Position numbers and translations under genes: made by a program
Shown here: piece by piece, positions 1-8,700 of the stretch
Numbering within the stretch: position 1 is the first letter of the stretch
Layout: every line of letters starts with the position of its first letter
Notes under the pieces: generated by a model
Told to the model about the DNA's origin: nothing
The model's input: only the letters and a program-made list of their open reading frames with translations
Database searches by the model: none
Source: Chrysochromulina tobinii
Lineage: Eukaryota
Assembly (NCBI GenBank): GCA_001275005.1
Contig: JWZX01003071.1
Span: forward strand, 1-38,679
DNA length: 38,679 bases
Direction: 5' to 3'

Positions 1-124
1 CACCGGTGAGCTGCGCGACGGTCTCGGCCTCCTCGTAGCCCGCTTCCGGCGGCATCATCTTGTCGCCCGGTGGCGTGGGAGCCACCGCGGCATCGACCTC
101 CTCGCGCGAGAAAAAGGCGCCCAT
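1..124 (-). CDS. 5' part of a gene running off the left edge; possible N-myristoylated protein (MGAFFSREEVDAAVAPTPPGDKMMPPEAGYEEAETVAQLTG...)
   Basis: ATG at 124, open to the window edge; MGxxxS myristoylation consensus; too short for the ORF track. Confidence 0.45.
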   Translation of the reverse strand, partial: MGAFFSREEVDAAVAPTPPGDKMMPPEAGYEEAETVAQLTG

Positions 125-141
125 CGCACCGCCGCTTGTCT

Positions 142-243
142 GTGGCCTAAGTGTCCTGTGGGGTGCTTCACTTCCGTGTGGTGGTTACAAAAAGTTGGGA
201 AACCTCAGGTGCCCCCCCCGGAGGGGGGGGCCACTTAGGCCAC
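142..243. repeat. Inverted repeat GTGGCCTAAGTG / CACTTAGGCCAC enclosing a G-C8-GGA-G8-C hairpin
   Basis: 142-153 is the exact reverse complement of 232-243; 211-231 forms a 9-bp stem with a GGA loop. Confidence 0.8.
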
Positions 244-498
244 GTGTTTAGGGGCCAGGGTCCATACCCACCCTTAGTAAATGACAGGCCGGAGGCGCGG
301 TGACTGGTATTGCTAATTACGCGCGGTACAGTTACGAGTTATTTCTGATAGTGTTCGTGAAAGTTACGAAAGTATCGTATGTATGATTACACGTACTTAT
401 GATTGAATCGACTCTGCACAGCTAACGCACAGCGCTCACGGCTCACGCGAGAAACGCAGGGTTGCTTGTCACTCCCTATCCCTTCCTCGCCGCGCGCT

Positions 499-840
499 CA
501 CGCGAGCAACGGCGAGCCGCCGAGGCCGCCGCCGAGGCCGCCGCCGTTCCTCCCCCCTGGCTGTGACCGCCGTCGAAGCGCAGCCCAGCCGGCGCATCCA
601 CGACTCGTTGCTCTCGTGGAGGGCCTCCTTGGCACGCGGCCAGCCGCCTTGATGGCGCGCTTCTTAGCACGCGAGCAACGGCGAGCCGCCGGGGCCGCCG
701 CCGAGGCCGCCGCCGAGGCCGCCGCCGTTCCCCGGGCCAGAACCGCCGTCGAAGCGCAGCCGGCGCATCCACGACTCCATGCCCTCGTGGAAGGCCTCCT
801 TGGCACGCCGGACAGCCGCCTTGATGGCGCGCTTCTTTGC
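499..840. repeat. Tandem duplication of ~170 bp (499-667 and 668-840)
   Basis: Both copies run from CACGCGAGCAACGGCGAGCCGCCG to CAGCCGCCTTGATGGCGCGCTTCTT, with small indels. Confidence 0.9.
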
Positions 841-1261
841 ACGCTCTGCGCACGATGACGACCGCCACGAGCAATTCAGATGCAGGCAAGCGGCCGCACG
901 GCCACGCGCGCGCGAGGCGAGAGCACTCACCTTCTCTTCTCTTGTTGATGCCTGCGGGCGAGCGCTCGTTGGCTTTGCAGTGCGTCAGCCGCAAGCAACG
1001 GCGGTGCTGCCCCTTGTCGCACCGTGGGCACTGCGAATTATCGCCCGAACCGTCGTCATAGTGCGCCCATCTTCTCTGTTTCGGGCGTGCCTTGGCACGC
1101 TCGCGCACGAACTTCTTGAATCCCGACCTGCGAGTGTGGCGGCGGTGTGGGCAGGGGTGAGCGGGCGTCGCGGCCGAAGTCGACGATTGGGGCATGATTG
1201 GGGTGGGTTTTCCGATCGTATAGGAGGTCGCCGGCCCGAAGAGCGGGTACTTTTTGGCCAT
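664..1261 (-). CDS. Small basic hypothetical protein, two exons (1261-931, 845-664), 170 aa, Gly-rich C-terminus
   Basis: A GTGAG...CGCAG intron (930-846) joins the 476..1366 frame (MAKKYPLF...INKRRE) in frame to the 664..930 frame (ERAKKRAIK...LLAC*); 513 nt total; C-x2-C-x3-H-x2-C-like cluster in exon 1. Confidence 0.55.
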
Positions 1262-1398
1262 TGGAGCGCGTACCGAGCCCGGCGGGGAGAGGGACGATTT
1301 CAGCCGCGGAACGGCCTCACGCCCACACCCGCGTCGACAATCCCGAAGATAGTTACGGAACCTCAAGTCTTGTTATCGAGGCCGAAAGCGTTCGAATT

Positions 1399-1435
1399 TC
1401 AAGTCAAGTCGAGTGACTTGACTTGACTTGACTTG
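1399..1435. promoter_or_regulatory. Palindromic TCAAGTCAAGTC / GACTTGACTTGA element followed by (ACTTG)n, between divergent genes
   Basis: 12-bp perfect inverted repeat with a 4-nt loop, lying between divergent ATGs at 1261(-) and 1446(+); a regulatory role is inferred. Confidence 0.4.
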
Positions 1436-1445
1436 CGCAGAGTCG

Positions 1446-3437
1446 ATGGCAGAGCACAGCATGAAGACACGCAAAGTCAGCATTTCGCACGTGACCGAGC
1501 AGCTACGCCCCGTGCTCAAGCGCCCTCGCGACGAGGAGCCGCAGAGCTCGAAGGTGCAAGAGCAGGGCAAAGCGGTCAAAGCTGCACAGAAGCAGAAATG
1601 CTGCCAGAGCAGCAGCGGCGGCAGCGGCAGAAGCGGCGGCAGCAGCGGCGGCAGCAGCAGCCAGCCACGGCTTTCCACGGCTTCTAAGGTAGCTGGACCT
1701 GGGAGCTGGGCGGCCGAGGAGGCCGCAGTGCTGCGAGGCTTCCGCGCGCGCTTGGACGGGCCGGTGGTCTTCGTGGGCGACTCGATCGCAGAGGAGCTTG
1801 CGCAGTACCTGCAGTCGCGGGTGGGGCTGAAGGAGGTGAGCTGGTGCACCAAGCGCGGCGCCATGCCCGTGGACATTGGCTCGCAGCTCCGGCAGTGGCT
1901 CGCGGTGCCGCACAACCACCAGCTGCTCACCAACGCGGGGCTGCTCATCGTGTGCGCGGGCAAGAACCTCGCACGCACCATGCCGTCGCTGATCGCCGTG
2001 GAGGTGCACAAGCATCTGATCACGCCGCTCCAGAAGCTGTGCGCGGGTCACAAGATCCTCGTCGGACCGCTCACGCGCGAGTACTTTGACTACGCCGGTG
2101 CTGGCGCCGGCAGCGGCGACCAAGGCGCCGGCAGCAGCGCGAGCAGGAGGAGCGAGCGTAGTGGTGGCGCCTACGGATTACCAAGCTGCCCGTCGCTGCT
2201 GCACCGCTCCAACCTCGAGCTGGAGCGGCGCTCGCTCGACGGCGGCTTCGGCTTCGTCAACCTCTTTGGCGGGCGCCTCTCGGTCGACGACTTTCGCGAC
2301 AACCTGCACCTAAAGGACGAAGGGTACCTCAAGATGTTGCGTGCCGTGCTTGAGGTGATGGGCGGCGAGGGTGCACACGACGAGTGTGCACTGTCAGAGG
2401 CGCCGCCCGGCGCACCGATGGAGACGGCGCCGGGCAGCAGTGCTGCACTGGTGGCTGCACCGGCGGCCGCGCAGGCGGCGGCACCGGCGGCCGCGCAGGC
2501 GGCGGCACCGGCGGCCGGTCCCCCACCAGCCAAGGTGCTCACAACGGCGCTCCGTCCTGCCGAGGAGCTGCCGACACCACCAGAGGACACCACGCTACTG
2601 TCCGAGGGCGACGGGGTCGAGGAGGGGGCGGCTGTGTCAGCCCTGGACGTGCGACGCGTGTGGTGCGACGCACACGTGGTCAAGCTGCGCTGGCAGAAGG
2701 CCAAGGCCAAGGAGCCACACGTGACAGCAGTGAAGCTTCGCTTTGAGGGATGGGACCCGAAATGGGATGAGTGGGTTCTCCTCAATTCAGGCAGGGTTCG
2801 CCTAAAGGACGATCCTGCTGCAAAGGCGGCGGCCCTGGCGATTGCGCTGCCGGCCGCGTCACCTGCGTTCGCGAAGGCGCCTCTGCCGCCGGCCGTTTCA
2901 GCACAAGCCCCCCAGCCCACAGCAGCCAAGGAGCCGGGAGTGCGCCCAGCGAGCGTCAGATGCCTGGGTTGCATACCGGGTAGGAAGAAGGCGCACACAT
3001 GCGGGCACGCCGCCCGCATGCTCAGTGGTGCTGCGGCCGCGGCGGCGGCCGCGGACCTTCCCGAGCCTCTGACGAAACAGCCCGAGCCTCTGACGAAACA
3101 GCATGAGCCACTGACGAAACAGCACGAGCCTCTGACGAAACAGCACGAGGAGCGGATCGCTTCGCTTCGGCGACAGCTCGCTTGCGCCAGCCAGGCCACT
3201 GCCGAGGCTACGAGCACCCTCGAGCGCGCTGCGCTGGAGGCCCGCGAGGCGGCGGCGGACGAGGAGGAGGCAAGAGCAACCTATAAACGTGCGCTGCAGC
3301 GGGCCACACAGGCCCACGAGCTGGTCAGAAGTCTGGCGAAGGCGCGCGAAGCGGCACAGCAGCAGCAGGCAGTCCTTGAGGAAGAGCTCGAGAAGCTCCT
3401 CGCCGACCGCTGTGATGCGTCCGCAACGTCGTGTTGA
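1446..3437 (+). CDS. SGNH/GDSL-type hydrolase fused to a chromo-barrel (Tudor-knot) domain, a CxxC-HxC motif and a C-terminal coiled coil
   Basis: SGNH blocks VFVGDS (1776-1784), RG, AGKN and DNLH (2298-2309); chromo-barrel signature ...VKLRFEGWDPKWDEWV (~2600-2805); CLGC...AHTC (2961-3002). First ATG in the ORF is 1446. Confidence 0.75.
   Translation: MAEHSMKTRKVSISHVTEQLRPVLKRPRDEEPQSSKVQEQGKAVKAAQKQKCCQSSSGGSGRSGGSSGGSSSQPRLSTASKVAGPGSWAAEEAAVLRGFRARLDGPVVFVGDSIAEELAQYLQSRVGLKEVSWCTKRGAMPVDIGSQLRQWLAVPHNHQLLTNAGLLIVCAGKNLARTMPSLIAVEVHKHLITPLQKLCAGHKILVGPLTREYFDYAGAGAGSGDQGAGSSASRRSERSGGAYGLPSCPSLLHRSNLELERRSLDGGFGFVNLFGGRLSVDDFRDNLHLKDEGYLKMLRAVLEVMGGEGAHDECALSEAPPGAPMETAPGSSAALVAAPAAAQAAAPAAAQAAAPAAGPPPAKVLTTALRPAEELPTPPEDTTLLSEGDGVEEGAAVSALDVRRVWCDAHVVKLRWQKAKAKEPHVTAVKLRFEGWDPKWDEWVLLNSGRVRLKDDPAAKAAALAIALPAASPAFAKAPLPPAVSAQAPQPTAAKEPGVRPASVRCLGCIPGRKKAHTCGHAARMLSGAAAAAAAADLPEPLTKQPEPLTKQHEPLTKQHEPLTKQHEERIASLRRQLACASQATAEATSTLERAALEAREAAADEEEARATYKRALQRATQAHELVRSLAKAREAAQQQQAVLEEELEKLLADRCDASATSC
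3060..3149 (+). repeat. Four 21-nt tandem units encoding (P/H)EPLTKQ
   Basis: Direct reading: GAGCC(T/A)CTGACGAAACAG repeated with period 21. Confidence 0.95.
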
Positions 3438-4016
3438 TTACGTTCTTGTCTCGAATATTCCGAATGTACGTACATCTTACATGCGCTAGAGTCCTAGAGT
3501 GTAGCGTAGAGACAGGTCCTCAGGTGCACAAGTCACGCGCACATACCGACAGTTTGCCTGTGTGAGGTCGCCGGTCGCCCGCTCGCGGCTCGGGCAGGCG
3601 AGGTGGTGAGCTCCTAAGCGCGCGCATTCTTATATCTTAAAATCAAATTACAACAATGAACTCGAAATTCGATCAGGATCACACGACGCGACCGCCGACC
3701 GGACCCGACCCCCGCACCCGGGCCGGCGGGGTCCGCGTCCGGGGACCCGACCGGACGGTCACGGTGACGTCGATCGCACCCGCACGTCCGGACCGGTCGA
3801 CCGAAACGTATGGAGAGTCTGTATACTGTAGAATCGACTCGAGACTCGGTTCTCGGGCTCTCGCGCAGACGCTGCTGCCACATGGTCATGCTTTACGGGT
3901 TGGTGCCCCATAAGTGCCGCCATGCTCACGTACAAGCGTAGACACGTAGACACGTACATCGATTGCGGCGGATCGTCCCGGGGCATGCGCGTGCATGCAT
4001 CCTTTGCGCCAGCCGC

Positions 4017-4805
4017 CTAGCGCTGCTCGTCCTTGACGCTGCTTGTCGACGACTTTGTCTTCTTCTTCTTACCGGGCAGGAGCACAGCGGCAGGCGGCGG
4101 CACGCTCGTAGACGTCTCCTCCATCGTCTTCTTGATCTTCTTCCCCTTGCTACCTGGCAGCGCAGCGACAGGCGGTGGCGAGGCGGCGGTGATCGTCGGC
4201 TTCTTCTTCTTCCCCTTGCTACCTGGCAGCGCAGTTGCGCTGCTCTCGATGTGCAGACCGCGGTTGGCATCGTACGTGAGGTACTTGGACGCTTTAGGCG
4301 GCGGCGGCGACAGCGTGGCTGTGCTCGCCGTGTTCTTTCCGCCATCTTTTGCGTGCAGCGCGCTCACGGCGCTCTGAACGGCGCGGTACCGCTTGTACTC
4401 AGCGCCCAGCAGCTTGTGGATTTCGGCGTCGGTCGCCGAGGCAATCTTCCTTTTCTCATCCTTGGAACCTGGCGCCTTCCTCGCCTCACGCAGCCTCTTC
4501 ATGAGCTCCATGAAGGGCTTGCGCATCTTCTGATCGAGGGACTTGGTGAAGGCGCTAAAGGGACTACTGCTGCTGCAGGCGAGACACGAAGGATGAGTCG
4601 GGCCAAGTGCCCAGGGTGGCGTGCACGTTAGCGTGGTGCATGGGTGGTCGCCTTATTAGGTGGCCTATTGGAGGGGAGCAGCGCACTGATGCTTGGTCTT
4701 GTTGAGTGATGGCAGCGTACTTGCACTGCTCGTCGGAGTTTGCGCTAAAACCAGTGCGAGGATGGATAGATGCGCAAGTACGACGCGAAACAGGGGCGAC
4801 GCCAT
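4017..4805 (-). CDS. Secreted Lys-rich hypothetical protein, two exons (4805-4687, 4572-4017), 224 aa
   Basis: Exon 1 gives a signal peptide MASPLFRVVLAHLSILALVLAQ; GTGCGC...CCTGCAG intron (4686-4573, NAGNAG acceptor) joins in frame to ORF 4017..4526; internal repeats ALPGSKGKK. Confidence 0.65.
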
Positions 4806-5139
4806 CTGGGAGCGACTTTTAGGGAGCGACGGGCGCAAAGGATCAGAAAGGGATCGAAAGATAGGCCGTCAAGTTTTTTGACAATGCTGAACCGATTTTG
4901 TTCTTGTGCATGCATAAGTGCATGCACACACACAATTCACATCTGGCGACCAGAGAACAAACGCCCGGCTTGCCCTGCTGATGCACACCCAGCACTGCCC
5001 CACGGAGTTTGGCACCCCCAGGCCCCAGCTGAGTCGCCGAGTTCGGGCCGTGCGTAGACAATTTCACGAGGCGAGCCCGTCAAGATCGCGTGAAATTGCA
5101 CCATCGAACGTACAAAAATGATCGCGGAAGTTCCGCGAA

Positions 5140-5415
5140 AATTGGGTCACCCCAAAAAGCCCTAGGAGGGTCCCACACTCCAAAGACCCAACGTAACACA
5201 CCAACCCAGAAAGCGACAACGCGTGTTCCTCGCACACATCTCTGCCTTGATCTCTGCTCTCGGCAGGCAAAGTGCGAAAATCGCACGGAGCAGTGCGAGA
5301 GCCCCCTTCGCACTGCGCGGGCGCGCGGGGGCAGTGCGTTTCGTTGGATTGGTGTGTTACGTTGGGTTGGTGTGTGGAACACGGGGACACGGGGCACACC
5401 TATTTTTGGGCACCG
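5140..5415. mobile_element. MITE-like / fold-back element upstream of the giant gene
   Basis: Perfect 19-bp inverted repeat ACCCAACGTAACACACCAA (5186-5204) / TTGGTGTGTTACGTTGGGT (5349-5367); outer CCCAAAAA/TTTTTGGG and CCACAC/GTGTGG matches; internal GCAGTGCGA/TCGCACTGC hairpin. No TSD identified. Confidence 0.4.
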
Positions 5416-5756
5416 TTCACGGTGTTTATTCGCATAGAAGGCTCCCACAGAGAGCGGTCAACTCATTGAGAAAAAAGGCTTCCTCCCTCAAGGTGGCTTG
5501 CCTCCCAACACGCCCACGCAGCACAGCTGCCGCGAGAGGCTGGCAGCTAGCTGTTCGTGGTTCGAGTGCCACCTTAGCCGGCCGACACCAGCCGCTGCGC
5601 GCCCGCCCCGCGGCTATTGCCTTGCAGCGCTCCCCTGCTCTCCCTATAGCAAGGAGCTCAGCCCGACCTCCATCCACTCATGAGCTCAGCCCCTTCCATT
5701 GTTCGTGTTGCAGGCTCTTCGAGGGCGCTTCAGTAGTGGCGGTGAGTGCGCTGCGC

Positions 5757-8700
5757 ATGCCGGCGGTCAAGGAAGGGAGTGACCGCTCGGCCAAGGGCCA
5801 GTCGGCGGTCAAGGCGGCAAAGGCTGCGCCCGGGCTTGTCGCGGTGATCAAGGCCGATGTAAAGGCCGAGAAGTCGCCCAAGGATAATGCACTTCCCGCA
5901 GGCAGCGCTTCTCCCAAGGTCGCCAGGAAAGAGGTGAAGCCGGCCGAGCACAATCAGGGGAGCGATCGAAAGGGAGCGGCTGATAAGGGCGGGCAAGGGA
6001 CTGGGCGGAAAGCCGAGGCCGTCAGCGGGAAGCCGAAGCCGACGGGCAGTGCCCTGGGTGGCATTGCTCTGGGTGGCCTGCCGAAGGCCGGGCCGCTGCC
6101 GCCGATGTCGCCCCAAGCGGCCCCCGAGCCGGTGCGCACAACGGCCGGCCCCAGGGTCGACTATTACAGCGCGGAGCTGCTCAGCCGACAGCCGCTCGCG
6201 GCAGCGGCGCGCGAAGCCCTTTACCGCAAGTGCGGCAAGAAGGACAAGGACGTGTGCTACACGCGCAACGAGCAGCATCGGCCGAGCGGCGTCGAAGACG
6301 GCAAACCCTCGCGCCACGAGCGCGTTCCGCCGGGCAAGATCGTGCTCATGTTTAATTGCGCGCGGTCGAGCTTCGAGTTGACGCACGGTGATGTGGCGAC
6401 CTTGCCCGATTCGGAGACCATCGACCTGCGCGCGCTCACGAGCGGCGCGGCGCTCGGGCGCATCAAGATTTCGCCCGAGAAGGGGACCCCCATAGAAGAT
6501 CGTATCGATTGCCCCAATGAGTGGCGTGTGGGGGCCGAGCATGGCCTGGTGCACGATGGACTCCAGTCAGACGGGAGCCTCGAGGTGCGTATCGACTGGC
6601 GCGATCACGATGGCGATTCGCACGTGGCGCTGCTCCGTTTCAACCCTTGGCTCGCGTACGGCTGCGGCGAGGGCGCGCGCCTCGCCATGCGCAAGCCCGG
6701 GATGCTCGAGGGCACAGCCGCGACGGTGCAGCGCACGCTGCGCGACGACTCGGTCGTCGTGCGCCGCGACGGTGTGGCGATGGGAGAGGTGACCGTCGAC
6801 CCGACGCCATTCACGGTGGTGAAGGCATTGAACCCACGGCATGCGCCGGGCACGCGGCTACTGTTCGTGCATGACGGTGCCTCCGTCGATGCGCTTGTCG
6901 AGCCCTGGCACGAGAAGGAGATCGATATCAAGGAGGGCTCGCGCCACAATTTAGCAGTGCAGAGTCGCCTCATGTCGGGTTGGGTGACCATGTCCACCAA
7001 AGATGGCATCGACAACCTCAAGCGTGTGGAGGAGGGCGGCGAGGGCGACGTGCCAGGCGAGGAGAATGTGGTGTACGTTCTCTGCTCGGCGAAGCCTCTC
7101 GCCCTACGAGCCGGGTGCGACCCTCTGAACAGCGAGAAGTGCGGCACGCTCATGCCCAAGACGCCGTGCCGCGTTCTAGAGAAGCGCGAGACGGAGGAGT
7201 TTGGGCTGCGCGCGTACATCTCATCGCTCCCTGGCATGGTGGTCTCGCTCTGCGCGGCGCTCAACGAGTTCAACCACGCGGTGCAGCGCTTCCCCTCAGT
7301 GTCCGAGTACGAGGCAGCGCGTGCCAATTATTTAGAGGATATCGTGACACGTGAGGCGCTTGTCGAGGACGCGATCACGGGGAACAACCTGCGCATCAAG
7401 GACCAGACGCTGCACGTGTCGACCGGGACGGAGCAGCAGGACAACTCACGCATCCCGTCCGAGTGGAATGTGAGCGACGTACGTGACCTCGTGACGCTGC
7501 TGCTCCAAGCCTCGCCCAACCGTCACATGGGGTTGCACCCGGCACTGCCCGTGCTCGTGCGCGCCGGGCCGGGAACCGGCAAGACGTGGATGGCGAAGCA
7601 GGCGGTCTTCACGCTCGCCGATCGTCTGCTGCGCGGCGCGGGCGCCAACGACGGCATCCGGCTCGTGCCGATTGTCGTCTTCGTGCAGCGCATCATCTAC
7701 CTGCTGCGCGAGGCGTCCGCCTCGAACCAAAGCAAGCATCAGTCTTTGCTCGGACGGTACATCGAGTCGATGTACAGCGGCAAAAAGTTCCAGTCGTGGT
7801 GTGACATGCTCATGCAGGCGTACGAGATGCGCGCGCTCATCGTGCTGCTCGACGGCGTCGACGAGGCCGCCGGTCTGCGCGAGCAGATCGACGAGTTTGT
7901 GCACAAGGACATCGTGCCCAGCGGCAATCGCGTGCTGGTGACCACTCGGCCTGAGGGCATCCTGCTCTCGTCTTACATCAAGACCTTTGTGGTGATGAAC
8001 CTGTGCCAGCTCACCAACGAGCAGCAGAGGCGCGTGATCAACATCCAGATGGAGGGCAACGAGTTCTTCGACCACCTGCTCTCGCTTGGCGAGGTGCGCA
8101 AGGGGCTGGACGACGCGTACAAGAAGATTGGCGCCGTCACGCGCGCCGACCTCGAAGCGTTGTGGGCTCCGAGTGGATGGCTTATGGCCGACTCGGACGA
8201 CTTCGACCCGGCGGAGCGCCAGAAGGACCAGACGGGTACGCGGGTAGTCGCCGAGAGCCACCGCGCCATCCGCTCGGCGTACCTCAAGGAGCTCGACGAC
8301 GGCATGCGCGAGGCCCGAGGCGCGAGCCGTGTGCCGCTGCTCGACCGCATCGACACTGCCATGGCCAAGGTGTCTGTAGGCGCGCAGGCCAAGGAGTTTG
8401 CGCAGGTGCTGCTCGCGGACGCGGGCGACACGTCGGGGGGCACGAAGCCGCCCTTCTCGGTCGCCCTCAAGCTGAGCAGCCTGTTGCAGGGGCGCAAGGA
8501 AGAGCTGCAGAAGCTCGAGGCAACCACCGATAAGAAGAAGAAGAAGGAGATCCAGGCGAAGGAGGCACTCGAGGTGAAGGCGGCCGAGGCGATGTGGAAG
8601 ACCATGTGCCAGCGCACGGACGAGATCTACATGGTCGCTGAGCACATGGAGCCCGTCTTCAAGAAGGTCGTCGCCAAGCTCGTGACCGAGGTCGGCAAAG

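Noticed and set aside
1428..4900. LINE retrotransposon with esterase-containing ORF1
   Set aside because: No APE endonuclease or reverse transcriptase ORF follows, and no poly-A tail or TSD is visible.
5223..5756. N-terminal extension of the 1731-aa ORF from a non-ATG start
   Set aside because: It overlaps the inverted-repeat element and has non-coding-like composition; the first ATG is 5757.
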